Shown: positions 10,062 through 19,913 of the stretch, one piece after another | Layout of the letters: each line of letters starts with the position of its first letter | Position numbering within the stretch: position 1 is the first letter of the stretch | Source of the DNA: Abditibacteriaceae bacterium | GTDB lineage: Bacteria > Armatimonadota > Abditibacteriia > Abditibacteriales > Abditibacteriaceae | Assembly (NCBI GenBank): GCA_965277285.1 | Contig: OZ255721.1 | Span: 736,001 to 800,000, forward strand | Length of the DNA stretch: 64,000 bases | Reading direction: 5' to 3' | Position numbers and translations under genes: made by a program | The notes under the pieces: model-generated | What the model was told of the DNA's origin: nothing | What the model saw: the letters and a program-made list of their open reading frames with translations, nothing else | The model's database searches: none

Positions 10062-10866
10062 AATCGAGTACTCGTATCTCCCAATCATTATGAAGAGCAA
10101 AGTTTCGACGTATCTTTTTCGGGAAAGCAATCAGAGGGCGAATTCGCGCTAAATGACTTTCATTGCAAACGTTGCCACTGAGATATACTGCTTGTTGAAG
10201 CCAAAAAACGAATGGCAATTGGATCAGGGAAATAATCATATGAATTTTTTCATTAGCAGGTTTCATTACATGAACCAAGCAAACGCAAAATTTGTGGTCT
10301 CACGGTTCTAAGCGCCGCCATTTTTGAAATGTCATTTGAAAAACCAGATGTTCGCATTAGGTATGATAATATATATTATGAAACAAAAATCGAAAAAACA
10401 GATAATCCATATAAAAATATTATATTAAAAATTAAATAATAAATATTAAGTAGATAATTTATAATATTTATATAATTGTTTTACAGATACGTTTTTTATA
10501 ATCGCATAATAAACATTATATTGAGATATACGAACCAACATTATTTTCATAAGAATGAATTAGATATTACTTCAATATATAAATTACAAGTATGAAGATA
10601 ATGGAAGATGTATAATGTATGATTTTGATAAATGAAGAAAAAACATGATGTTGATAAGTAAGCAAGAGAAACGATGTTTATAAAAGCGAAAAAATATTAT
10701 GTCGATAAGTGTAGATAAGTATGAAGATAATAAGCGTAAAATAACTGAAGAAGATATTTAACAGTTCAAAAGTTGTAAGACTGATTTAGATACACTGCGG
10801 ATGAACTCATTAGCACAAACGTTGAAATTTGGAAAACTGGTAGCATCGAGGCAATGATCAAACACG

Positions 10867-12681
10867 ATGTCTGAGAACGCGCTTTTGGTGAACGTCGAGT
10901 ACTCGCAACTTTCGGTAGCTGAAGTGCGCGACGGACGCTTGTTCGATTTCGAGGTCGAGCAAAACAATCGTTTGGTGGGCAATATTTATCTGGGGCAAGT
11001 CGAAACGATTTTGCCAGGCATGGACGCGGCTTTTATCGACATCGGTTTGCGGCGCAACGCCCTGATTTACGCTGGTGACATCGGCTTGACACCAGGAAAC
11101 CTCGCCCATAATGTTGCGCACGACAATAACGTTAATGCGCAAAATTTGCCGATTGAAAAGTTGCTGCGCGGTGGCGATAAAATTGTTGTCCAGATCGCGC
11201 GTGCGCCTTTGGGCAGCAAAGGCGCGCGCGTCACCGGCCATTTATCCTTGCTGGGGCGCTACATTGTGCTGGCAACAAACGCGGAAAACGTCGGCGTTTC
11301 GCGGCGCATCGAGAACGCGGCAGAACGCGAGCGTTTGCGTCGTCTGGTAGAAAAACTGCGGCCTCTCGATCACAGCGTGATTGTGCGCACCGAAGCCGCC
11401 GGAGTTTCTGAACAAGAATTGGCGCAGGATGTTCGCTTGTTGCTGCGCCAACTGGAACGCATCGAAAGCAAAGCAGCCACTATTAATCAACCGACGTTGC
11501 TGTACCGCGAAACGGGATTGTTGGGGCGCGTGGTGCGAGATCGCTTGAACGACAAAATCAATCGTATCGTCGTCGATTCCCCAGTCGAGTACTCGATGTT
11601 GCGAGAAATGGTCGAAATGACGCTGCCGCACTTGGCGGATCGCGTGCATTTGCATCAGGAAACTGCGTCCCTGTTTTCCTTTCATGGTCTTGAAGACGAC
11701 CTGAGCGCCTTGAACGAACGCTTGGTGCCTTTGCCACGCGGCGGCTATTTAGCGATTGATGAAGCCGAAGCGCTGACTGCCATTGATGTCAATACGGGCC
11801 GTTTCGTCGGCAAAAGTCGCCTGGCTGATACGGTTTTGCAAACCAATCTTGAAGCGGCGGCGGAAGCGGCGCGTCAACTGCGTTTGCGCAACATCGGCGG
11901 CATCATCGTCATTGATTTTATTGACATGGAACAAACGCGGGATCGCGTCAAAGTGATGGACGCGCTGGAAAAAGCCTTGAAGGAAGATCGCGCGCGGACA
12001 CGCATCGTGCAGCTTTCGCCGTTGGGTTTGGTTGAAATGACGCGGCGACGCGATGGCGACACTTTACGACAATCAAGCACCGACGAATGTCCTTATTGCG
12101 ACGGCGAAGGGCGCATTCAAAGCCCGTCCAACGTGGCATTGCAAACCGCGCGCGCCGTCCGAAACGCCGTTGCAGAACACCAGAAGACACTCAATCAAAA
12201 GCAAGAAATCGCCGCTGAGGTGACGCTGCATCCTTTGGTCGCCGTCGAATTTTTGGGCAACGATAACGAGGCGATCAGCGCTCTGGAAGCCGAAACTAAA
12301 ACGCCCATTTCCCTGTTCGTTTCCCCGACTTTCCATCAGGAAGCGAGCCGTGTGGAAATCATGAATGCGAGCCAGAACGATAAAATCGATGAAAAATACC
12401 GCGAAGGCGCGCGTTTTGAAATTGCGGCGCCAGCGTGGCTCAACGACGAAATGACTTTCGCTACCATCAATCGCCGCCTCGTTCGCGTTGATGACACGGC
12501 GCAACAATCTGCCGCGCCAACTTCGGGCAAAAACGAGGAAAAGAGAATTTCTTGTCTGGTTGAAGTGATACGCGCCAGCCGCTGGTTTCTTGAAGTGCGC
12601 TTCTTGGTCAGTGGCGAACCGAAAATCTCGACCGCCGCGCAAAGTCCAACTTCAGATAAGATCGGCAGCCACCAAAAATGA
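10867..12681 (+). CDS. rng: Rne/Rng family ribonuclease (RNase E/G)
   Basis: GNIYLG.V..ILPGMDAAFIDIG, KGAR.T, IDVNTG, RLRNIGGIIVIDFIDM, GLVEMTR.R, CPYCDG.G. Confidence 0.92.
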   Translation: MSENALLVNVEYSQLSVAEVRDGRLFDFEVEQNNRLVGNIYLGQVETILPGMDAAFIDIGLRRNALIYAGDIGLTPGNLAHNVAHDNNVNAQNLPIEKLLRGGDKIVVQIARAPLGSKGARVTGHLSLLGRYIVLATNAENVGVSRRIENAAERERLRRLVEKLRPLDHSVIVRTEAAGVSEQELAQDVRLLLRQLERIESKAATINQPTLLYRETGLLGRVVRDRLNDKINRIVVDSPVEYSMLREMVEMTLPHLADRVHLHQETASLFSFHGLEDDLSALNERLVPLPRGGYLAIDEAEALTAIDVNTGRFVGKSRLADTVLQTNLEAAAEAARQLRLRNIGGIIVIDFIDMEQTRDRVKVMDALEKALKEDRARTRIVQLSPLGLVEMTRRRDGDTLRQSSTDECPYCDGEGRIQSPSNVALQTARAVRNAVAEHQKTLNQKQEIAAEVTLHPLVAVEFLGNDNEAISALEAETKTPISLFVSPTFHQEASRVEIMNASQNDKIDEKYREGARFEIAAPAWLNDEMTFATINRRLVRVDDTAQQSAAPTSGKNEEKRISCLVEVIRASRWFLEVRFLVSGEPKISTAAQSPTSDKIGSHQK

Positions 12682-13505
12682 CGGATATTTCCTCGCAGAA
12701 GAAAGCCAAAGTATCAAGCGATGTCTGGCCGCTGAATCACTTGTTTCAACTCAGTCGCCGACGCGTTGACGCACCGCAATTTTTTATCGCGGCGCGTCAA
12801 CGCAAGGCGCGCTATGTGGTTTCCGAAGTCACTCAATTCCCTGATGTGGCATCGGACGCAACGTTGGATGAAGCGAATTCCGGCTGGTTTGCGCAGTCTT
12901 TATCTACCGATCTGGTTCCGATTATTGGTGACAACCCGCAGCAACTGCATCCGCGCTACGTGATGGCAGTTTTATCGTCGCGCAGCATAGAAAAGCCTAT
13001 TGCTTTGCGCGATTTTCCGATTCCCGCCATCGAATTTTCAACGCTGGAAAGCGTGCGTCGCTCGATGACATTGAACAGCATGAGAATGAGCCTGGAATAC
13101 TTTCAGGACGGTTCGCTTCGAGTACTCGAACTGGTGGAAAATCGCTTGGCGGCAAAGCAGCGCGACGTGGTTCACGATTTATGTGTTTATCTGATGCGCC
13201 ATTTATTGGACATTCGTGCCCGGGAACGTGAAGCCCGTTTTCTGCGCGCCGAATCTGTCGCGGCGTTTTTGGGTTTGAACGAAAAACGCGTGCAACAATT
13301 ATTTCTCGCCCGACGTTTGTCGGCTTCGTCCATGACGCAAAAGCTGGAAGAAAACTACGCTGGAACAATTCGCCGAAAATTAGATGTCGAACAACTTGTC
13401 AGCAGTCAGATCGTTTTACTTCGTCCGCAATTGCGCCACTTTGAGAAAGAAGAAGACCAGCTTTTTACGCTGTTGGATGCTGTTGTCGCGCGACTTCGCG
13501 CTTAA
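12678..13505 (+). CDS. Hypothetical protein resembling the C-terminal specificity region of type IIG/Eco57I-like R-M enzymes, with no catalytic motifs
   Basis: Coupled to rng (ATGA). Segments YVMAVLSS, FPIPAIEF, DVVHDL and LLDAVV.RL resemble that region from memory only; no database search was run. Confidence 0.45.
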   Translation: MTDISSQKKAKVSSDVWPLNHLFQLSRRRVDAPQFFIAARQRKARYVVSEVTQFPDVASDATLDEANSGWFAQSLSTDLVPIIGDNPQQLHPRYVMAVLSSRSIEKPIALRDFPIPAIEFSTLESVRRSMTLNSMRMSLEYFQDGSLRVLELVENRLAAKQRDVVHDLCVYLMRHLLDIRAREREARFLRAESVAAFLGLNEKRVQQLFLARRLSASSMTQKLEENYAGTIRRKLDVEQLVSSQIVLLRPQLRHFEKEEDQLFTLLDAVVARLRA

Positions 13506-14098
13506 TCTTGATCTTCGTTCGTCGCCGGAAGGCAACGTTGTTCGATGCGGCGATCTGGTACCAACCACATCAAAGCGACGGCAATATACAGCGCGATGGC
13601 AACCCAACGATTGACGAAGGCGACTCCAACGGCAATAGCATAAACCAGCACGGACAATTTGCCTTTACCGTCGTTGCCAATCGAGCGCGCCAACTCCGAA
13701 TCTTCGCCGTTGCAGGCGATCAAGGCGCGCACAAGGATGTAATAAGCGACGCCCGCCATAAATACGACAAAGCCGAAGCACGCGACAGGCCACGTCGCAA
13801 AATGATTTTCGCCCATCCAACCGGTCACAAAAGGCGCCAGCGACAGCCAGAATAACAAATGCAAATTCGCCCACAAGGTCACGCCGCTGATATGCTCGAC
13901 GGCCTTCATCATGTGATGGTGATTGTTCCAATAAATGCCGATGTAAATAAAACTGAGAATGTAGCTGAGGAAAACGGGAATTTGTTCGCGCAACGCCACC
14001 AAACTATCGCCGTGCGGGATTTTCAAATCGAGCACCATAATCGTGATGATGACGGCGATAACACCATCGGTAAACGCTTCCATGCGACCTTTTTCCAC
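13502..14098 (-). CDS. TMEM175 family (DUF1211) potassium channel-like membrane protein
   Basis: RMEAFTDGVIAVIITIMVL, YWNNHHH, PDRRIE. Confidence 0.93.
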   Translation of the reverse strand: MEKGRMEAFTDGVIAVIITIMVLDLKIPHGDSLVALREQIPVFLSYILSFIYIGIYWNNHHHMMKAVEHISGVTLWANLHLLFWLSLAPFVTGWMGENHFATWPVACFGFVVFMAGVAYYILVRALIACNGEDSELARSIGNDGKGKLSVLVYAIAVGVAFVNRWVAIALYIAVALMWLVPDRRIEQRCLPATNEDQD

Positions 14099-14153
14099 AG
14101 CTTCCCCTTCCTATTTCGAGTACTCGATAGCGGTTTGATAGTGGCTCAATGAA

Positions 14154-14240
14154 GTGAGGCTGTTCAACGAACCCGAAGCGTGAGCGAGGGATAAAAGTTA
14201 GCTCCTTGGTTCACGCTTCGGGTTCGTTGAACAGCCTCAC
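14154..14240. repeat. REP-like hairpin family A (AACCCGAAGCGTGAGCGA...TCGCTCACGCTTCGGGTT)
   Basis: Long inverted repeat GTGAGGCTGTTCAACGAACCCGAAGCGTGA / TCACGCTTCGGGTTCGTTGAACAGCCTCAC; other copies at 24125, 26424, 28297 and 43424. Confidence 0.85.
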
Positions 14241-14264
14241 CACCTAAACCATTAACCAACGATG

Positions 14265-15509
14265 TTATTGAGCTTTGCGACGCTTCGCCAATAAAAAGAC
14301 GAGCAAGCTGATAATCGCTAATTCGGGCAACATCGGTGGTAGATTTTTCTTGGCGCCGCTTGTTTTTTTATTATCGCCCGAGTTTTTATCATCGTCGGAT
14401 TTTTTATCGCCCGCTTTTTGCTGACCGTTCGCTGTGGTTTTGCCGGAGGAAACTTTGGCGTCTTCGGGCGCCGAAGAAGATGGCGCATCGCCGCGCGCCA
14501 CGCGTCCGCTGACGACTTCGTCCTGCAATTGCAGCAATTCGCGGTAAACGACTTCCCATTGCTCGAAGGGAATGTCCTGATCGTGCAAATCGCCTTTGAG
14601 CGTTTCGATTTCTTTCAGTTGATTTTCGCGCTCGTTTTCGCCCACCGGATTATCGTGCCACTTGTGGTAAAGCGTGGTGATTCGGTCCTCGAACTGCTGC
14701 GATTTTTCTTCCCATGTCAAATACGCTTCGGTAAATGGAACACGTTGTGTGATAATGGCGCGCGCTTGCGAAGCGGTTGGTTTTTTGCCGGTCAAAATCA
14801 TGTCGGTCGGATGAACGATGATGTTCAAGCCATTGTCGCCCGCCAGCATTTTCGCGCCTGGCGTCACCAAACCTTGCACAATCGCTTTCGCCAACAAACT
14901 CATCACCAGAACTGGCGGCTTGATATACCACGGCATTTCGACTTCTTTAACGGGCAAATCGTTTTGCGTCAAAGCATCGCGCAAATCGCGCATCACAATC
15001 TCGTAACCGTCGTCCTTCAACTTGATCGGAACGTGTTGGGTTTGCAGCCTTTTGACGTAGGTAATGGCGATGGTCACAATGGAAGTTAGCATCATCAACA
15101 CGATGCCGACGGCGAAACCTGGCGCGATAACCCAGCCTTTCACCACTTGAAGTGCTTTGTCTTTCAGCGTTTCCGGCGGCTTGTTGTCAACGAACAACGA
15201 AGCGATACCGATAATAAATGGCAAGACGATCACGAAGATGATGGCGAAGCGGTGAATGATTTCCTTGATGCGCGGCGTGCCCAGATTTCTGTTCAGCAAG
15301 AACAGAAATTGCGTGACTTCGGGCGCGAAAATGCTGATGACGAAAACGACCCACAAAATCGACATCAAACTGATTCCGGCCAAGAGATATTGGCGCTTGG
15401 GCGGCATTTTTCCGAAGAAGCCGACCATCGCCCACGAAAACAAAAAGGCGGCGATACGTCCAAACGAGTTAATTAGCGCAGTCGTTAAGGCGGCGATAAG
15501 TGCGGGCAT
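14265..15509 (-). CDS. Hypothetical membrane protein
   Basis: Start trimmed to MPALIAAL; about four N-terminal TM helices, a soluble domain and a low-complexity tail. Confidence 0.75.
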   Translation of the reverse strand: MPALIAALTTALINSFGRIAAFLFSWAMVGFFGKMPPKRQYLLAGISLMSILWVVFVISIFAPEVTQFLFLLNRNLGTPRIKEIIHRFAIIFVIVLPFIIGIASLFVDNKPPETLKDKALQVVKGWVIAPGFAVGIVLMMLTSIVTIAITYVKRLQTQHVPIKLKDDGYEIVMRDLRDALTQNDLPVKEVEMPWYIKPPVLVMSLLAKAIVQGLVTPGAKMLAGDNGLNIIVHPTDMILTGKKPTASQARAIITQRVPFTEAYLTWEEKSQQFEDRITTLYHKWHDNPVGENERENQLKEIETLKGDLHDQDIPFEQWEVVYRELLQLQDEVVSGRVARGDAPSSSAPEDAKVSSGKTTANGQQKAGDKKSDDDKNSGDNKKTSGAKKNLPPMLPELAIISLLVFLLAKRRKAQ

Positions 15510-15676
15510 GAAAATTCCTTGCGATTTGGGAAGCTGTCTGCGAAAGTCTGAAGTTTGTATCGAGTACTCGAATCGGCATCTTAATGATTCGAGCGCAGTG
15601 TAACTGCAAATTGTGTGCAACAAGCGTTTGGGCTTTCGATGTCTTGAAGCAGTAAAAACGTTAGACTGGAACGACT

Positions 15677-16384
15677 TTGGCGTTGATTCTTAATTCGGGT
15701 GAACTTTTGAAAATAGCGCTGATTGGCGATTCGATGGTGGAAAAATGGGGGCCGGAGTGTCCTCAACTCAAAACCGAACTGGCTCGCGTCTTTACGCGGA
15801 CGACGTTTGAAATCAACAATTTCGGTTTGGGCGGCACGCGCGCCGGACACGGATTGTGGCGCGTTTCGCACGATTACAAAGACGGCGACGGCAAATACCG
15901 CGCGTGCCTGAGCTACAACGACCCTGACATCGTGATTATCGAATCGTTCGCTTACACCAACTGCGTGGACGATGCGGAAAGTTTGCCTGAATACCGCGAC
16001 GTGATGCGCAGTTTATGGGAAGAAGTCGGGCGCACGACTGCCGCGCAACGCTTGTTTCTCGTCCCACTTCCACCCGACCGCGACAAGTTTCTCGAAACCG
16101 CGAACAATTATTATTACACCTCGAAAATAACGCGGCAGCGCATGGCCGACCGCGCCACGCTTTATCTGGAAGAAGCGTTGCGCATCGCGGCGGACGAAGA
16201 ATGGCCGGTTGCCGATGTCTATGGCGAAGTGCAGAAGAAAGTAGAGTACGGCGACAAATTGCGGCGCTTCATCAATCAATCGGATTGCCTGCATCCTTCG
16301 ATTTATGGTTATCAGGCGATGGCGCGCGTCGTTGTCCGCGCTCTCGACAAGCATGAAATGATCAAGGAAGTGATCTCGAAATGA
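15677..16384 (+). CDS. SGNH/GDSL-like hydrolase
   Basis: IALIGDS, N.GLGG, DCLHPS..GY. Confidence 0.85.
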   Translation: MALILNSGELLKIALIGDSMVEKWGPECPQLKTELARVFTRTTFEINNFGLGGTRAGHGLWRVSHDYKDGDGKYRACLSYNDPDIVIIESFAYTNCVDDAESLPEYRDVMRSLWEEVGRTTAAQRLFLVPLPPDRDKFLETANNYYYTSKITRQRMADRATLYLEEALRIAADEEWPVADVYGEVQKKVEYGDKLRRFINQSDCLHPSIYGYQAMARVVVRALDKHEMIKEVISK

Positions 16385-16551
16385 AGGTCGCTCCGGCTGA
16401 CAGCTATCGTTCAGAATGACAAATCGATCATTTTGAATGAAAGATGTAATCACAAAGTGACTTCGAGTACTCGATTTCAGAGCACAACTGTTGCAGCGCA
16501 TTCGTATTCCGTATTCGTATTCATACTTCCGTATTCATCGTTTGTTTTCTT

Positions 16552-17343
16552 ATGACCGATTCTCAATTTGGGCCGTTGGCGCCGTATTATGACGAACTGA
16601 TGGACATTGTGCCTTACGAGGCGTGGGTCGATTACGTTTCGACGTTGTTTTTGCTGGCCGATCACGAGCCATCTCGCGTGCTCGATGCGGCGTGTGGCAC
16701 CGGCAACGTGTCATTTAAAATGGCGCGTCGCGGCTGGAACGTGACGGGCGTTGATTTGAGTTCGGCCATGATCGAAGTCGCGCAAGCCAAAGCGCAAAAC
16801 CTCGCGCCGCGCGATGTGCCGCCGCACTTTCTGGCAGGCGATTTCTTCCCTGCCCCACGCTTCATATGCGACGATTTGACGACTTTCGACTTGAACGAAG
16901 CCTTTGATAGCGCGACTTGCCTGTACGATTCGCTCAATTACATCATCGAACCGGAAAAACTACAATTGGCGTTCGCGCGCATCGCAGCTCATGTCGAACA
17001 GGGCGGCGTTTTTGTTTTCGATATGAACTCGGATTGGGCCTTCAAAGCCGATCTTTTCACGCAAAGCAACCTCGACTTGCGCCGCGACCTGAACTATGAA
17101 TGGCGCGCCGATTTCGATCCCGAGTCGCGCATTTGCTCGGTTCACATGATGTTTCGCCGCCGCGCCAATGGTGTAACCCAAACCTTTTACGAAACACACC
17201 GCGAACGCGCTTACGAGCGCGAAGAAGTCGAAACTATGCTGCGCGAAACCGGCTGGGATCTACTGCGCTCGTTCGATGCCTACACTTTAAATCCGCCGCA
17301 CGCGCGAAGCGAACGCTGGTATTTTCTGGCGCGTCGTGCCTAA
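16552..17343 (+). CDS. Class I SAM-dependent methyltransferase
   Basis: YYDELM, VLDAACGTG, GVDLS..M, CLYDSLNY, GGVFVFD. Confidence 0.92.
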   Translation: MTDSQFGPLAPYYDELMDIVPYEAWVDYVSTLFLLADHEPSRVLDAACGTGNVSFKMARRGWNVTGVDLSSAMIEVAQAKAQNLAPRDVPPHFLAGDFFPAPRFICDDLTTFDLNEAFDSATCLYDSLNYIIEPEKLQLAFARIAAHVEQGGVFVFDMNSDWAFKADLFTQSNLDLRRDLNYEWRADFDPESRICSVHMMFRRRANGVTQTFYETHRERAYEREEVETMLRETGWDLLRSFDAYTLNPPHARSERWYFLARRA

Positions 17344-17378
17344 AAGCGTTCGCTGTTGCGTTGCTTTATGTCCGGGTC

Positions 17379-17429
17379 GCAAACAAAACAACGAGTACTC
17401 GAAGTTCGAGTACTCGTTGTTTTGTTTGC
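17379..17429. terminator. Bidirectional terminator hairpin containing two inverted palindrome copies
   Basis: GCAAACAAAACAACGAGTACTCGAA-g-TTCGAGTACTCGTTGTTTTGTTTGC between the convergent methyltransferase and sdhB genes. Confidence 0.8.
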
Positions 17430-17436
17430 AACTGTT

Positions 17437-18186
17437 TTACTTGCTGCGTCGTGTTGTCGCCCAGACAAAATCGCGGTTCATCTCGCGGATGTGCGTGATG
17501 GAAATCTCTTTGGGGCAAACGGCTTCGCATTCGCCTTCGTTCGAGCAATTGCCGAAACCTTCGGCGTCCATTTGCCACACCATACGCTCGACGCGACGGT
17601 CACGCTCAGCTTGGCCTTGCGGCAAATGCGCCAACTGCGAAATCTTGGCGGACGTAAAAAGCGCGGCGCTGGCGTTTTTACATTGCGCCACGCACGCGCC
17701 ACAACCGATACACGCAGCGGCATCCATCGCCGCATCGGCGTTTTCCTTGGAAATCGGCAGCGCATTTCCGTCCGGCGCGCCGCCCGTATTGACCGAAATG
17801 TAACCGCCCGCCGCGATGATGCGGTCGAAGGCGCTTCGATCCACGCTGATGTCTTTGATGACGGGAAAAGCGCGGGCGCGCCACGGTTCGATGACAATCG
17901 TGTCGCCGTCTTTGAAGCGCCGCATATGAAGCTGGCAAGCGGTCGTTCCGGCGTCCGGGCCGTGCGCCATGCCGTTGATCATCATAGCGCAGGAGCCACA
18001 AATTCCCTCGCGGCAATCGTGGTCGAAAGCGACCGGATCATCGCCCTTGCGAATCAATTGCTCGTTCAGTTGATCCATCATTTCCAGGAACGACATATCA
18101 GGCGAAATATCGGCAATCGAGTACTCGATCATCGCGCCTTTGGTTTTGGCGTTCTTCTGGCGCCACACTTGAAGTTTGAGATTCAT
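17437..18186 (-). CDS. sdhB: Succinate dehydrogenase/fumarate reductase iron-sulfur subunit
   Basis: [34 protein letters not shown]. Confidence 0.97.
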   Translation of the reverse strand: MNLKLQVWRQKNAKTKGAMIEYSIADISPDMSFLEMMDQLNEQLIRKGDDPVAFDHDCREGICGSCAMMINGMAHGPDAGTTACQLHMRRFKDGDTIVIEPWRARAFPVIKDISVDRSAFDRIIAAGGYISVNTGGAPDGNALPISKENADAAMDAAACIGCGACVAQCKNASAALFTSAKISQLAHLPQGQAERDRRVERMVWQMDAEGFGNCSNEGECEAVCPKEISITHIREMNRDFVWATTRRSK

Positions 18187-18202
18187 CTTTGATTTCCTTC
18201 TG

Positions 18203-18260
18203 TTCGCTTCCTGCTTCTTCGCTTCCTACATCTTCGCTTCCTACATCTTCGCTTCCTGCA
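18203..18260. repeat. Tandem 15-bp repeat (TTCGCTTCCTACATC) x about 4
   Basis: Units start at 18203, 18218, 18233 and 18248, between the sulfotransferase-like gene and sdhB. Confidence 0.9.
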
Positions 18261-18265
18261 AGCCA

Positions 18266-19567
18266 TTATTCTGAGGCGACAATTGAATCGGCGGTTCGGC
18301 GTTCTGCGTTCGATTTCGTTTGGAGGCAAGCAACCTGCTTTTGTTTTAAACGCAGCGTCTTCCTCAATGAATGTCGAAAGTGCCTTCCTATTGTTCTGGC
18401 CAAGGGTTCATTAAGCTTGTGATGCAAATCGTTGTTTTCCTGTACATATTGGAAAAGCGTTTCGAGCGCACTTGAATCAAATTCGTCGCGGCTGAAAAAA
18501 TTTTGTGGCGGCAGCAAAGACGAAGCCACTTGGCTTTGAGAAAGCTGACTATTCAACAACGATTTTTCTGACAACGAGTGTAATCGCTCGACGATTTCAA
18601 AATGCGCGGGCAGAAAAGTCTTTCGCGCGCCCTGAATGGCCGTGTTCGCAAGTGCGATCTTGACCGGAAACGAAACGCTAATCAAATGCTCGACATCGCC
18701 TTCGATGCGTTGCATTTGTTGCTGCGTCAAATGCGTTTCCTTGTATTCTGCAATGCGACAATCGGAAAAATCAAGTTTAATTCCCATTTCCGCCAAGCCC
18801 CTCTCGCAATTTCGGCGAATTTCAGGCGAGCAAGAAAGGCCATTGATATCTATTACCAGCCGACAGTACTCCCAGCTTTCTAAAAAAGTTATCAACCACA
18901 GATAGTAAAACAGAAAATAAGTGCGCTCGAGACCCAGCAACGGTTCCACCGCGTAATGGTAGAACTCGATTTCCGTTATTACAGTGCTACTGGAATACTG
19001 GGGCAAATAAATGACGTCTTGTAACGGCTGCAACAAAGGAGAATTTTTGTTGCTGGCCAGCATCAAAAGATGGTTGCCGGTGAAGAAGCCGGAATCGAAG
19101 GAACAATACGATTCCCATTGGGCGCGCGCGTCGCGCAGGATGAAGATATTTTCAGTCTGGTAATGCTGGCGCAGCCAATCTTGCAGATAGGCCGTGCGGC
19201 AGAACTCGAGCAGCGGACGACGCCCCGAATGTTCGGCATTAGCGATTAACGAATCGAGATATTTTTTGAGGTCGTCGCTTTCTTGTTGATTGCCGGGCTG
19301 ACGACCGTACGCGAATTCTTTTTGGTAGAACGGAACGAGGCCAGCGTCATTGCGCGGATATTCGTCGAAATAACTAAGAGAAACTTCAGGATGACGCATA
19401 TCCAGCGCGACTTCACGACTGCAATGCGGTTTCAAACTCTCGAGCGAATCGGCGACGCTTGAGTTCAACGGCTCGTAGTAGCAATAACAAGAGCCATGAC
19501 AACGAAATTTATTCCACAGATAAGTGCTTCCGGCGCGAAACAGCGAATGTAAAAAGATCGGTTTCAT
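18266..19567 (-). CDS. Sulfotransferase-like protein
   Basis: N-terminal PAPS-binding-like loop HSLFRAGSTYLW, YEPLN, ILRD.R.QW.S. Confidence 0.65.
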   Translation of the reverse strand: MKPIFLHSLFRAGSTYLWNKFRCHGSCYCYYEPLNSSVADSLESLKPHCSREVALDMRHPEVSLSYFDEYPRNDAGLVPFYQKEFAYGRQPGNQQESDDLKKYLDSLIANAEHSGRRPLLEFCRTAYLQDWLRQHYQTENIFILRDARAQWESYCSFDSGFFTGNHLLMLASNKNSPLLQPLQDVIYLPQYSSSTVITEIEFYHYAVEPLLGLERTYFLFYYLWLITFLESWEYCRLVIDINGLSCSPEIRRNCERGLAEMGIKLDFSDCRIAEYKETHLTQQQMQRIEGDVEHLISVSFPVKIALANTAIQGARKTFLPAHFEIVERLHSLSEKSLLNSQLSQSQVASSLLPPQNFFSRDEFDSSALETLFQYVQENNDLHHKLNEPLARTIGRHFRHSLRKTLRLKQKQVACLQTKSNAERRTADSIVASE

Positions 19568-19913
19568 AAGTACTAACAGATCATGCTCCTGTGTTTACCT
19601 TGCGCTTACTGCCTTGAGACACGACCAAATCTTCTTAGTAGTTCTTCCTGCTTACTTATCGGGCTATCATATCACTTTTATCACTGCTATGTCACGTCGA
19701 GTACTCGATTCACTCTTTCGTCTTGGCGTTCTTCCGCTACCACAGTTGTAAGTTTGAAATTTACCGTTTTTCGTTGTGTGCAAACGTTTCATTTCTCGTC
19801 AATGTGACACTTTACAGTTGTTCAAAATGGTGGTGGAAGTTGCTAATTTTCTTTTCCAACTTTTCTTTTTCGCTCACGTTCTTTCCTTGCAATCGAGTAC
19901 TCGATTCGCGCCT

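Noticed and set aside
10340..10760. Replication origin
   Set aside because: No clear DnaA boxes and no dnaA/dnaN/gidA context; kept only as an unexplained AT-rich region.
18203..18260. Mini CRISPR array
   Set aside because: Direct 15-bp tandem units with no spacers.
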